NCBI RefSeq assembly: GCF_006345805.1
Contig: NC_043006.1
Location: forward strand, 62,806,001-62,870,000
Length of the DNA stretch: 64,000 bases
Direction: 5' to 3'
Source: Octopus sinensis
Taxonomy: Eukaryota
A program made the position numbers and the translations under genes. The notes under the pieces are model-generated. The model was not told the DNA's origin. It saw nothing but the letters and a program-made list of their open reading frames with translations, and did not search any database. Shown here piece after piece: positions 48,801-63,133 of the stretch. Each line of letters starts with the position of its first letter. The first letter of the stretch is position 1.

Positions 48801-51294
48801 AATTTGAAGTCTTTAGTTCTGCTTGCTCAGCCATAATTTAATTATACATTCATTGTCCAGTTAAGAAAAAAGCTATAATTCGATTACATTTGAATTATAC
48901 TCCTATCGTATTGTAGTGTATTTCTCTACGCAATTTATTCATACTCTCAACGTCAGAGAATATATTTGCGCTCACTGCTTGCGTCACTTTGTCATTACTT
49001 TCACTAAGTCATTTATGCCATCTTATGCCTGACGTGCAGACTCAGATAAACTTATATGGGAGTATAAGTTGCTAATAAATAATTTCAAAGAATATTTTAT
49101 TGCATAAGTTTCACAACACCACTATTTGACTGTATTGAATCAACGTTACAAAAAAAAAAGTACTGACGTATTCATTTAAGTCGGTGTAAAACTTTGCTAC
49201 AACGTTTCCATAATACTGGCTTCCTGTTTTAGAAGAATATTTTATTTTCACTGCTTAGAGAAGGTAGAAAATATAGTTAATTGAAAGAAATTGTATTCTC
49301 ACAATTCTGGAATTGTCATTATAATTATGTTTATTATATATCACAAAGTAGAAATGACAAAATTTCTGTAAAGTTTCTCTTGTATGCATAAGAAAATAAT
49401 TATCCGGACGAAAATGTGCAAAGCCATTAAAAACGATCATTAACATTTTACATCATTAACACAATACAAGATAAACATTTAGCTTCAGATCGAAATGATT
49501 TGTTATATTTGATATGTCAAATATAATATATATTTCCACTTATTTCTTTTTTATGTCGAATCAAAACGATTGCAACAATAGTTTATATTCTGAACACCTG
49601 GGGAAAATTATATAACTCTTATATAATAAGTCCAATTAGATAGAGGTAGTAAGTCATAAACTGAGATTACAGGTTGTATAATATTTATACATGCATGATT
49701 AGATTAAACGCCATTTTTTTATTTTCTTCTATATACTCTGAACTAACAAACTAACAGCAATCACACAAAACACTCATACACAAATGGAGACTGAAACACA
49801 TAACCATATATACACACACACTTTTGTTCATACAGGAACACATATGGAGACACACGTCCACACATATGGAGCTGCACATTCATACATATAAACATAATTT
49901 TTAGTTGCAAAATACGCACACTCAGACATGCACACACAATGAGACAAAGGTACGCACACACATATACAAACACAAACACATACACACACATACATAAAAA
50001 CTCACAAACACGGACACGCATGCACATGAATATGCAGTATACATACATACATACATACAAATATACACACATACATACATATATACATATACATACACAC
50101 ACAGAATACATGCATGTATACATACACATGCATGTATAAATACATACATACATACATGTGTAGGCACACACAAACACTAACCCCTACACATGCGCACAAA
50201 CAAACAAAAAGGAACGCAGTATGAATAACGGGCAGAGCCAAAACTATTGAAAAGGTTTCAAGACGCAACGAAAATATTAGAAAAATAAAAAAAGAAATAA
50301 GTGGCAATTTTACCAGTTTGTGTGTTTAATTATAAAGCACCAAAAAAGAATGACTCTCCCCAGACACACCAGAACATTCTATATACTCTGTAAAAACGTC
50401 ACACCACGTAGATCATATCCTGAAGAAGAGGAGAAAACGTTTCAGTTTTCAGCACGAGAACTTTCTTGCAAACAGCTCCATCATAGTAAAATACATCCCA
50501 TTTCCTGTGAGATATCACTGTCTTTCGATTTGAAGATTCCCGCTCCAACACCATAAACACCAATGAAACCCGGCTCTGAACCGATAATACAATTCCTCAT
50601 ATTTATGCACTCAGTCATTATTCATATACAAGCTAGAAGCCTGAGTTTGGACACCGACTACTTCCAGGTAGAAACACTCTGAAGATATTTTCCAATGACG
50701 ACACTACACAACCTTTCTATTTACATAACAACTTTAGGCTTTCTACATTACGTCATCTTTCACAAACTCTGATTTCCACACATGGCAACCAGTATGAATA
50801 GCGTAGCCAACATATTCCAAAAATGCATCTTATTGCTTCACAAACATTTTAATTAATTTATTTCAACTACTTGATCCTCCCTCTGTTTCCGATTCTCTGA
50901 AATAATACGCTGCAAACCTAAATTATCATTTTTTTTTTTGCATCTCGCCAAATCTAGTAAGTCACATGAAACAAACTCCATACTGAAACTTTATCCCAAC
51001 AACTGCAACTATTACAAATTACTTCCAGTCCCAGCTCACCTTGTCAGCAATCTGAAAAAAATACGAGACTTAGATATAAGGATAGTCAAGAAGTTTATTT
51101 CCCCTGCTAGAAATAGTAGTCTTATATATTATATGTAAATGAGAAGCGATGAACACCAATAGAACGCCTTTAATCAGAGCTCTGCTCAGTTATCGATGAC
51201 CTTGTGCTAAACAACAATTCGATGAATCACAATGCTTATCCCCTTAATTAACCTCACCATTACAAGATCTTCATCGAGCTCATCCATTATTCTG

Positions 51295-51580
51295 AGTGTG
51301 GAGGCACATGGCCTAGTGGTTAGAGCAGCGGTCGAGGGATCGCGGGTTCGAATCTCAGACCGGGCGATGTGTGTGTTTATGAGCGAAATATCGAAGCTCC
51401 ACACAGCTCCGGCAGAAGGTAATGGCGAACTTCTGCTGACTCTTTCACCACAACTTTCTCTAACTCTTTCCTCCTGCATCTTGAAGCTCACCTGAGTCCC
51501 GTCCAGGTGGGGAACCTATACGCCAAGAAACCAGGAAACCGGCCCTTATGAGCCGGGTATGGCTCGAGAAGGAACAACCA
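51295..51580 (+). mobile_element. tRNA-derived SINE with 13-bp TSD
   Basis: A box TGGCCTAGTGGTTAG, B box GGTTCGAATCTC; TSD ATCCATTATTCTG at 51282-94 and 51581-93; 3' end GAAACCGGCCCTTATGAGCC..GAAGGAACAAC. Confidence 0.85.
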
Positions 51581-52277
51581 ATCCATTATTCTGTCTCTTC
51601 AAGTCTGTATTGTATAATGGAAGATTAGACACTAAACTTCGTGTAGCTCACTCTACGAATTAAAAGAAAAAACATCATTTATTATTTGGTAAAATTTGAA
51701 ACAGTTTTAAACAATTTCAATGCCAGCTGAACTTGCGTAATGTTGTCTCAAATTTTAAATATGTTCAATGGAAACGTTTGATTCTCCTTTCTTTTCTGTA
51801 ATTGCATTTCTGCGTAAGTGAAATTAGTGACTTGGGGGTTTACACTACCGGGAGCTACTCGCCAGACTTCAGACACATTTTACAGTTTATTGTCTATTAT
51901 TGAAATACAAGGCTGAAAGGCAAAGTTGATTGTAGTGAATATTGATCATATACCGAAAAGTAATCAATTTAAATACCGTTGAGTCTTCAATCAGATGGTT
52001 TAGTGTTCCTGTCACCTAACAAACAGCCCTAGTATACTTCTAATATAAATTGCAGATTTTTATTTTTGAAGCTGTACACACAGCAACAACATCTCATAGA
52101 AACTAAAAACGAATAACAATTGTTTAGAGAAGAGACACAATGCCATAAAAATGTTCCTTATAGAAATATTCGCTTGATCTATTTGGTTCATTTGTTCAAA
52201 GTTTAGCGACTAATACACAATGCGTACACATACATATACACACACACGTCTCTTTCCCTCTCTCTCTCTCTCTCTCT

Positions 52278-52310
<33 letters not shown>

Positions 52311-52338
52311 CTGTTTATAACTCGCTCTGAGATTTATC

Positions 52339-52411
<73 letters not shown>

Positions 52412-52414
<3 letters not shown>

Positions 52415-52687
52415 GAGGTAAAAATCAAAGCAACACTAACGAGGCGTCAACAAAAGTCGAGAAATATATTTTGTTGTCACCGCACTGAGAAATTTTGAAA
52501 CCATTGTTTTGTCCGACAGATTTAACCAGAAATGTTTACACACATACAAACTCACGCGCGCACAGACACATATGTACACGCACGCACATACATATACATA
52601 TACTTGTATATATATATATATATGTATATATGTATATAATCATATATAGATATATGCATAGTTAAATATATTCGTGTTTGTATATAC

Positions 52688-52721
<34 letters not shown>

Positions 52722-52728
52722 ATATATA

Positions 52729-52806
<78 letters not shown>

Positions 52807-53077
52807 GAGGTAAAAATCAAAGCAACACTAACGAGGCGTCAACAAAAGTCGAGAAATATATTTTGTTGTCACCGCACTGAAAAATTTTGAAACCATTGTT
52901 TTGTCCGACAGATTTAACCAGAAATATTTACACACATACAAACTCACGCGCGCACAGACACATATGTACACGCACGCACATACATATACATATACTTGTA
53001 TATATATATATATGTATATATGTATATAATCATATATAGATATATGCATAGTTAAATATATTCGTGTTTGTATATAC

Positions 53078-53080
<3 letters not shown>
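52412..53080. repeat. Tandem duplication (period about 392 bp) bounded by (TA)n
   Basis: 52412-52690 and 52804-53080 are near-identical (two substitutions seen in the unique part). Confidence 0.9.
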
Positions 53081-53125
<45 letters not shown>

Positions 53126-53527
53126 ACACACACACAAAAATACATTTACCTATACATTTATATATGACTATATAAATACATCTACCTATAATATATATAT
53201 ACATATATAGTTGTACTTGTGGCCTTATATATGTAAACACACATTACGACAAATTGTTAGTAATGCATTAGAGATTAAAAAAATTTCAGAATTAATTTAT
53301 GAACCACCAAACAGCAAATCACGTACACGCATTCCTAAAAAGTCAGATATTGAAATGCGTGTGTAGCCTATACTCCTTTAATGTAGATTTCTTTTATCTT
53401 CTTTCATTGTAGTTTGCATTCAAAAACAGTTGTTGTCTCGAAATAATTGCTATTGATTTAGCACGATAAAATCAATATTTTTTTTTCAAGAATCTTCCAT
53501 GGTACAAAATCTTTTATAAGGCTACAC

Positions 53528-53582
<55 letters not shown>

Positions 53583-53633
53583 TAACAGAGTGAGAGAGGG
53601 AGATTCAAAGAGAGGGAAAAAGGTAAACACTAA

Positions 53634-53634
<1 letters not shown>

Positions 53635-53715
<81 letters not shown>
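53635..53715. repeat. (GATA)n microsatellite
   Basis: Directly visible. Confidence 0.95.
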
Positions 53716-54043
53716 TTCAAGGGAGGTAGATAATGTCTTCGAATAAATGTCTGCTCTCTTTTATTACAGGAAGCTATTTGTAATTGTTTTCCGGGCCCCT
53801 GATTGGCAAGTGTTTGATGATGACCAAAGTGGATAATTCGCTTGTTCCTTTGTCAAGTTGTTGTTTACCGTCATCCTCCAAGCTATTGTTTGTAAGACTG
53901 GACGTAAATTGCTGGTTTCTTAAAAATGTAATCCGATTCATGAATGTCAGTGTGGTGAGAAGGAAGAGTGGGAAGGGAAGGATGAAGCGGGTGATGATTA
54001 TGATAAGGGGCAAGAAGAGAATGGGGAGCATATTGGTTATGAA

Positions 54044-54076
<33 letters not shown>

Positions 54077-54831
54077 AATGGTGATGAAGACGACGTGAGA
54101 GGGGGAGGAGGATGTTCATGATCATGATTCTGGGGCTGATAACAATGATGCCAACTATGACGATGGCGCCGATGAGGGAGTACAGGGACAAAGAAAGAGT
54201 GTAAGGGCGAAGAGAATGAGATATGCAGCAATAAAGAATGACGAGAATGTCTTATACCAAAGCAAAGCAACACTCACCACGCCTGACAACACACAGCGAT
54301 GATTCGAACTAGGAAGTCAGTCAATGTTCTATGTCAACTTGAGAGAGAGTATAAAGATTACTTGCTTGATGTTCCGACAGATTTGGTCAATAGAGTGGCA
54401 AGAGGCAAGATATATTTTATAGAGATCCAACATCAAATTAGATGTTCTCGATTCTATCCAACAAAATGAATAAATAAATGAATGAACAATAACACGTCTC
54501 CAGAAAGTGGAATGAGACTTAGCATTTAACCGATACCTTTACTTAAATCTCCCGAGGAAAGCGCTACACATCCCCTATAGATTCACAGCCAGAAATTCAT
54601 ATGTCTCTTAACTTCTTATTGTCAACAGAATAGTTGCCATTGCAAAGGCAAACGAAAACTCAATCCATCTGGCCGTGGCTGAGAAGAATTTTCGTTTCTC
54701 TCATATTATTTTGTGGTTTTAATATAGCAAGCCCATAATAGTACTTGGCTTATCGACAGAGTGCATACATTAACTATGATATATAGTTGGCTATTTTAAT
54801 TCAATAAATATTACCTCAATTTCGTATACTG

Positions 54832-54899
<68 letters not shown>

Positions 54900-54954
54900 G
54901 TGCGTGTGTGTTTGTGTGTGTGTGTATGTGTGTGTGTGCATGTATATGCAAATG

Positions 54955-54996
<42 letters not shown>

Positions 54997-55963
54997 ACGT
55001 ATGTATAGAGCTTTGTAGTTCGATACAAACATGAAGAAGAATCATTTTTAGGAATATATCATTTTTACATTAGAGAGTCAAGTCCAGAGTTTAAAAAAAG
55101 ATGTCTTCTTCCAGGATCCTGTTGTGGAAATATCTGCAAGAAGCTTTACAAATAATGATTCACATGTTGAAATCAATTCGGTTTGCTTGCTCACAGTCTT
55201 AATAAGGTGTTTTGATAAGTAAAGATTCTCAAAATCCATACATTAGAGAATGATCTTCAATAAATGTTAAGAGTTAACTCAATGTAATAACTGCCATGTA
55301 ACATTATAGCTTATTTACCAGCGGCTAAATATAAATCACGAGATTAGTTCTGAATCGTCTCTGTTATCTGAAAATTTGATTAATCTGATATTTTAAGTAT
55401 AAATGTAATAGCAGTTAATCCAATGGAATTTAAGTTGTTCGCATCATGTTACAATAGACAGTATCTAAAGAGATAACTGAATTTTCGGCATATTTTCTAA
55501 TCACCGCACGTACTTTTAATGTAGAGTGAATACATTTTCGGCGGAAGCAATTTCTTGGTTTCTGATGATTCAAAATGCTCATAATTTTCTATTATTATTG
55601 AATGTTAGTGAATTTGGTTAATATGGAAAAGATAATTTTTGAGTAAGTTTCATTTGAAACAATTATCATAAACGGTTTTATATGCGTATAGCCTTTACAA
55701 ACCACAGCATCTCATAACAAATTCAGTAAAGAAAATCTGTGAATACAAATCTAAAATATAACCATATAAAGCGTAAGCTGAATTAGCAGTATAATTTATG
55801 TCATACCTGACGTGAGCTGTGTTGGAGAAAATGTTACTTGCCAGTGTGTAATAGTCATGCATTACATAGCAAAGAAAATTTTACTCAGCAAACATGCATC
55901 CGGTCCCTTTATTATTTTTGTAATGCATGTATAAGAACACATGCTTATACACACACAAACACC

Positions 55964-56041
<78 letters not shown>

Positions 56042-57129
56042 AACGCGACGACTTCTTGGAGCTAATCAACGGCAGCATTCGTCCTATATTTCTAGACTGC
56101 TATGTTAGCTTGGCGATACCCAGCATTATTCTGCAGTATTCTCCTTTAGGGGGATTTAGAAATTATATTTCTATTTTTGAAAATCAGTGGCTGCTTCCAC
56201 TGAATATATATACACCTTCGAACACAGTCAACAGCGACGCCTACTGCGTTCGGCTACTCCACATTTTTAAGGGGCAAACACCTCGAAACTAGTCTGTGGT
56301 TGCTTGAAGCAACATGGTGAAGCTGATGCACGTGCATATATAGAAATAAACATACGTATTTCAAATACCACACAACATTAATTCTTGACTTCTAATAATA
56401 GTAGATATATAAGAATCAATAATATAGTTGAAACTTACAGAAGAACAAAAGACGAAGCCAGGTGTATGAACAACAAGCAGATGTATTAGTTTGACGCTCA
56501 GGAAAGTGAGAAATTCTTTTACATTTAGAGCCTTCGCTCTTCAACAGAAAGGAATAAGAGAAAATAAACAGAGAGAGAATAAAAAGCATGGCGCCTGGCT
56601 GGAAAAAAGGTTTGACAGGAGGGTTAGACTTAAGGGGGGATAATATAGCATTAGCGATCCCAAAACGAAGGTGCACGTGCGTGTATGTATATATAAGGAT
56701 GTGTACGTGTGTGTGGCTAGGGGCTACTGACTGTGTGGATGTGTGCGTGTGTTTGTGCGTCTGTAATATGTATGTGGATGATGGTGAGTGGGTGTGCGGA
56801 TGATCATGTGTGGGTGTGAGGATGATGGTGTGTGGTGTAGGTGCAATAATATCACGGATAATACTGAGAACCCACTTTCAACTAGTAACAATGCAGTCAG
56901 CATAGATAACAGAGCCAATAAACCGCAGATGAAATACTAAGTATCCCAAATGCAACCATTACTGGTTCGGGGTATGGCATTTAATGATATAATCCAAAAC
57001 AGTAGGGCCAATATAAATAGATATAATAATACCTATTATAATAACTCGAATAACAGTGACATAACACTTGATAATATTTCTACGAATTTGAGCGATACCG
57101 TGAATGACAACACTATATATGTTAATGAG

Positions 57130-57570
57130 AGAGTAATTAATGCTAATAATAATATCCGCAGTTGCAATTGTAGAGAAGGATCCCAATGTCCGTTATTGGG
57201 CCAGTGTTTGGCTGGAAATGTCATGTTTAAATGTACAGTAATGACGGAAACTAATAACTTCATTTAAGCATGAAAAAACGTTTGAATAACCAACCAGTTT
57301 TCCTCCTTTAGACTTAGGTATAAAGCCAACAATACGTCAATATCTACGAAAATCTGGGAACTCAACCATAGTAATAGTTAATTAAGCCTAAAATGCGAAA
57401 AAAAAACAGTTGTGCTCAGCTATACACAAGTAACCGATATGGATGTGAACAATTTTGTATGGAGGTTTTATGAAATATTCAAATGTAGAGATAAACAAAA
57501 CCTAGTTAATAATAAACTAGATCTTAGAGTATCCTGTATTCATAGGATTACCAGTACCTTCAAATACTCC
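57130..57570 (+). mobile_element. Penelope-like element GIY-YIG C-terminal fragment (second PLE lineage)
   Basis: RSCNCREGSQCPLLGQCLAGNVMFKCTV..(stops)..SSFR..KANNTSISTKIWEL..NKLDL..SCIH matches the CNC..CPL.G.CL..VIY.A.V..SFR..ST.LS..IW.L..CRH pattern. Confidence 0.75.
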
Positions 57571-59174
57571 AGCAGAAAGTAATAATAAGAATATCATGCT
57601 ATGAATTGGTAGCACAAGGTATCTGGGGTATCCACTATTCTATTCTTTCGAAATATAAGTAGTATTGCTTTCTAATAAATGTTAACTAATTTAATTTGCA
57701 ATCTTTCAATGATTATAATATACACCTCGTTGGTATTGGGATTATCTTCCCTTATAGCTAGCATAATACATAAAATCGCAATGGATTACTAAACGTTGCC
57801 CCTCCCCTAAGTATACCCCCCCCCCACCAGGAACAAATATTATTCTACATAGATCAGTGTCTTTGTTATGTTTTAGAAATATTTCATGAACCCATTTCCC
57901 ATGGTAACTTTATCTTAATTTATTTTTTCACTTAATATTTTTTTCAATTAGTATTTCAATTAGTATACATAGCTTTATTTTTTGGTGAGTATTATAATAA
58001 AAACATACCTAAGAATAATTTTCAATATACCAATATAATTTATAATTTATATCATAATCTATAAAATAATCCTTATTTCACTGTGTTTTATCTTGACTTA
58101 ACCTTATTTTTTATTTCCGTTATACTTTGATATCATTTATATCATTCACAAAGAAATATTTTATAAAACTTTTATTTTTTATATTTTTATATTGTATATT
58201 ATTAAATGTTTATATATCTTTAGAGCCTGCTATACATTTATGTAGCTCCTATAAAATATTAAGGGGTTTATAATTTCTTTTCATAAAACTCACTGTGTAA
58301 TACAATACTATATTTTATATTCATAATTACACATTATGTTTTATAAAGTTTACATCTATATGTGATATTTTTTATACTTTTATATAGCCTTTCATAAGTT
58401 TTCCTAGTGTTTGTAATTTATAAATAATTTTTACAAGGTTCTTTTCTAAAAGTTACTAGATATGGAAATCCTTATTTTATTTAATTTTACTAGATTTTTG
58501 AAACATGCAATACTGATTAAATTTTTAGATGTCCAAATCGATTTAGCTATTGATTCTGAATGTACTCCCTTATACATTTAGTATACTTCTAAATCAATTA
58601 CTTCTTATATTCGATTCCATATTTTCGGTATCTTATATGTATCCACCCGTAATGAGAAAAATATTCCTCGTTATTGTTCTATTATATACTATGTACTCCT
58701 AAGGGTGATCTATTTCAGTTATACATTCATTGTAGAATGGTTTTGTCATAGCACCTTAACAGTATGCTTAGGAAATACCTTAAGAGTTTTTTCTTAGATA
58801 TTAAAGTATCCCATGTTTAGATTTTAAGTTTAATTTCTTTCCTTTTTTCTATATATTGATTTTAATTTTCTCCATTTAATATAACAATCTCCAGATATAG
58901 CACAAGGAAACAATGTAATTATTTTGGTTTCTATTATTGATGCAAATTTGTTGAAAACGTTTCATACTTTGTGTTTGAAATCTTTACGGTCATCTGTTCT
59001 GAAGAGAGCGGTTTCTTTCAAACTGATGCAATATTTTGATTGATCAATTAAATGCAGCCGTAATGTATTGACAACTGTACCTAATTTTTACTTATTTACA
59101 TTGTGTTCAACTAATTTGTAGCTTTACGGAGTATACCGAACTGGCAAGGTGCCTCAATTTAAGTACCTAATTCA

Positions 59175-59289
59175 ACTGAATCTTAATTATATTTTTATAT
59201 ACGTACATATATATATATATATACATACATATGTATATATATATATATATACATATATATTATATATATATATATACATACATATATAT

Positions 59290-59320
<31 letters not shown>

Positions 59321-59630
59321 CATACATATACATACATGTATATATAGACATACATATATATATATATACAAACATATACATACATATATATATACATACA
59401 TATATATACATATATATATATATATACATACATATATATATATATATACATACATATACATATATATATACATATATATATATATACATACATATATATA
59501 TACATACATATATATACATATATATATATATACATACATATATATATATACATACATATACATAATATATATACATATATATATATATACATACAAATAT
59601 ATATATATATACTACAAAATTAGAAAATGG
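59175..59630. repeat. Long compound (TA)n/(CATA)n microsatellite
   Basis: Directly visible; source of spurious 110-138 aa ORFs. Confidence 0.95.
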
Positions 59631-60252
59631 AGAAACATACTTAAATCAATCAAATATCAACCATCAGATGATACCCAATCAATACTTTATTACAACATTA
59701 CATAACAGTAAAGGCATTATACAAAATATATAGCAAATATAATTAGACAATGAAATAGACATATAAAATATAAAATATAATATATAATTATATCATATCT
59801 GACAGCTGTTTCGGCCGTAAGGGCAAGCATGCCTCATTTAACCTATAAGCCATATAAGGCAGGTATAAATGAGACATTAACAAGGATGCCCCACGGCCTC
59901 TTCAGAGAATTTAATTCATTATAAGTTTGAAAAAATTTTTTTTATACATATAAATATAAAAATATAAAATATAAAAACGTGTGCATAGACACTCATAATA
60001 CTATACATATATATATATACCCATTAATACAATAATACAAAATAAACAAAACAAAATATATCAATATATATTAACAAACACAGATATTCTACATATTGGG
60101 CTACTAGTTCTAAAAACTAACACACAGGAAAATATATGCACACTCACATTTAAATTAAAATCAGACCTATACATGAAAAATAATAAAAAAACACATAGTT
60201 CAGTTCATAAAATTATAAACCTGTAAAAGTCAATAAAAATTACTATTAATAT

Positions 60253-60302
<50 letters not shown>

Positions 60303-60430
60303 GATACAATTATGTCTGTACCAAGTACATCCATCGGACATCGACATATCTATGAGTCTGATTATTCTGTCCGCTTGATATTGATTATTCTAGATTAATT
60401 TGATTGGCTTATAGTTTAAAATTTGAATCA
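59630..60430 (-). mobile_element. Probable PLE terminal repeat (AT-rich) with intact hammerhead
   Basis: Contains the HHR at 59786-59917; upstream on the minus strand QILNYKP..ADRIIRLIDMS is weakly reminiscent of a PLE ORF end. The PLE assignment is inferred mainly from the HHR. Confidence 0.5.
59786..59917 (-). ncRNA. Type I hammerhead ribozyme with extended stem II
   Basis: TCT-CTGAAGA-GGCCGT[...]ACGGCC-GAAA-C-AGCT-G-TC-AGA: full conserved core, G10.1-C11.1, GUC triplet; predicted cut between 59801 and 59800. Confidence 0.8.
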
Positions 60431-61874
60431 CAAAAGAAATTTTACGGTTAGTTAGTCAAGAAACGCACATACGCACACGCACATCCACAGATCAATCGCA
60501 CATACATACATAATTATATGTATACACACACACATACACTCATACACATACATATTCACAAACAACGTGAAACACATAAATAAATAAATAATAAAAGAGG
60601 TATAATCCTAGCTATGCAGCCATCCAGCCTCTCAAAACGACAACCATGCCACTAAATTAAAGAGATCCACTCACATATTTCCATAAAATATTTGTTATAA
60701 AGATACATATATTTATATATCAAGACATCGAATGTAATTTTCGCAGGGTACACACAGCATGTGACACCGTTTTTTCTGTAGTCAACATAACGTTTACTGA
60801 TTTCACCGTAATTTGCTATAATCACATGTACGCTAAGTTATAAAGTATAGATTAATTTTTTATAGTATAAATATATATCTTTTCTACGTAATAAATCCAA
60901 TGCCATTATAATATTAATATTTATCCATCAAAGAACCTAACCTACGAACTAATAGAATTACACTCAAATATACAAGCCCATAAAAATACTCATGTATAGC
61001 AGCAGATATACACAAACGCACCGTCTATTTTCATATGTGACTCGCGAGAAAACATTCATAGTTCTTATATATAAATATAGTTTTAAGCATCCGAGGACAC
61101 ATAGATAACAAATGTAATAATTAACAAGATTTGGCATTAAATAATATCAATGGGGGACTTACCAATACAATTGTATATAAGTAAATAACAGAAATTAAAT
61201 TAATTATAAGTTAATAAATTGTAATTACTTAAGTTTAAAATGTGATAAAATAAATAAGAAGAAATAATTAAAATTACATACATAGTATAAGTACAAATTA
61301 GTATACATATATCCATATATTATTAAAATAAATAATTGATATGTATGTATATATCTACACTTAAATAAGTAAATAAATAAATAAATAAATAAATAAGCAA
61401 ATGTCTAAATGAATAGAAAGATACCATAGAAAAGAAATTCAGATAAATACATAGGTACAGGTACACCTAATATATAGTAATGCTAATATGCATATATCCA
61501 CATATGCATAAAAGAGTATATATGTAAAAAGGGAAGATATATATTGAAGAAAGTACTTATATAAACTTAGTATACAGGTTAATATTATGTAAATTTATAC
61601 CTGTAGATAATGAGTAAAAAAATGAATAGATGAATAACATAATGTACAAATCAAGAAGACTACAAATATAGACTAAATATATAAGACTGCTAATATTTGT
61701 AAAGCCAAATGTGAGTAAATGAATAGGTTTATATATACATACATATACACATACATATATACATGCATATACATATATATATAAATTTATATATATATAC
61801 ATATATATATATTCATACATATATAAATATATATATATACATATATATACATACATATGTATATATATATATAC

Positions 61875-62010
61875 CTTTTGGTAATCAGTGTCGGTTTATG
61901 TCACCATACCGTAGTGCTTCAGCAAAAGGGACCAATAAAATAACTACCAGGCTTTAAAAAAATAAGACTGCCTCTGTATGGCCGCAGTCTGGTGTCTGAA
62001 ACAAGTAAAT
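61875..62010 (+). mobile_element. SINE 3' tail fragment
   Basis: GTTTATGTCACCATAC..CAAAAGGGACCAATAAAATAACTACCAGGCTT..ATGGCCGCAGTC..CTGAAACAAGTAAA. Confidence 0.55.
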
Positions 62011-62539
62011 GATGAAAGCTAAAAGAAATGTATTGATTTTTTCGTTTCGGGCTGATTTCTGTTTTCACTTTGAACAGCAAATTGTCTGCTGTAAATCACT
62101 TGCTTTGAATATCAGAAGCGAAACACAATTTTAAGTCTGAAAATATAGAGTAATGGTCGTTTTTCCTTCTTTTTTCTTCTGTTTCTTTTTAATATTTGTT
62201 TTGTTTATTTATTTTAGATCCTTTTTACAACAATTATAGATCGAGATTAAATCAAAGATTCATTCAGTCTGAAATCTATGATTTTCTTTTTCGTTTCTTT
62301 TGTTTTGCTTTTTAGAAACTTCTTCAAGTTTTCATTGTTACAATAAATATAATCTTAATACCATATGGCTGAACAATCATTTTATTTGTACTCTTTTTAG
62401 AAGTATATTTGCAATTGGCGTTCGCTTAAACAAACATTTTATATTTGATGAAAAAAAAACACACACACACACACACATGAACACAGATACAAACACACTC
62501 ACACATAGACGCACACGTACAAATACTATAGCCACGTCC

Positions 62540-62745
62540 CGACAAAACCTAATCAATAGGTTTGGTAGACGGAAACTGTTGTTTTTTTACGTCCCCATAA
62601 AGTATGGTTGACAAAAACAAAGTGATAGAATAAGTACCAAGCTTAACAAAAATAAATAGTGGGGTCACTTTGTTCGACTAAAACCTTCAAGGGGTCACCA
62701 CAGAATGGCCTCAGTCTAATGACAGAATCAAATAAAGGATAAAAT
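62540..62745 (+). mobile_element. SINE middle and 3' tail fragment
   Basis: TTTGGTAGACGGAAACTG..TTACGTCCCC..GATAGAATAAGTACCAAGCTT..GGGGTCA.TTTGTTCGACTAA. Confidence 0.6.
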
Positions 62746-62985
62746 ATCTCTATGACTAAGATCACTAGTTTTTCGTACAATTCGCAGCGGTTTGAATTAT
62801 GGGGTATTCGTTTAATGATGTAGTTATAATATACCAAAACCGGAGCGCATTCACCACTTCTCCTTTTATCAAGTAAATTTAATTGATTTACAAAAGCTTT
62901 GGAATGCACTCCATAGAAATACTGTTGCATGTGATGTGTTTGTGAGAGTATGCTTGTATATATGTGTATTATGTATGTATGTTTG

Positions 62986-63033
<48 letters not shown>

Positions 63034-63075
63034 TGTATTTATTTATGTTTGTAGGTTTGTATGTATATGTATATG

Positions 63076-63128
<53 letters not shown>

Positions 63129-63133
63129 TTGTG

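Noticed and set aside
50419-50445. CTGAAGA-AGAGGA-GAAAACGTT hammerhead-like words
   Set aside because: No stem II pairing; likely chance.
50560-51700. Possible decayed LINE APE endonuclease flanking the SINE
   Set aside because: Only vague similarity; catalytic motifs not recoverable.
58999-59035. CTGAAGA-GAG-CGGTTT-CTT-TCAAAC
   Set aside because: G12 is missing and there is no helix I/III; at best a dead hammerhead relic.
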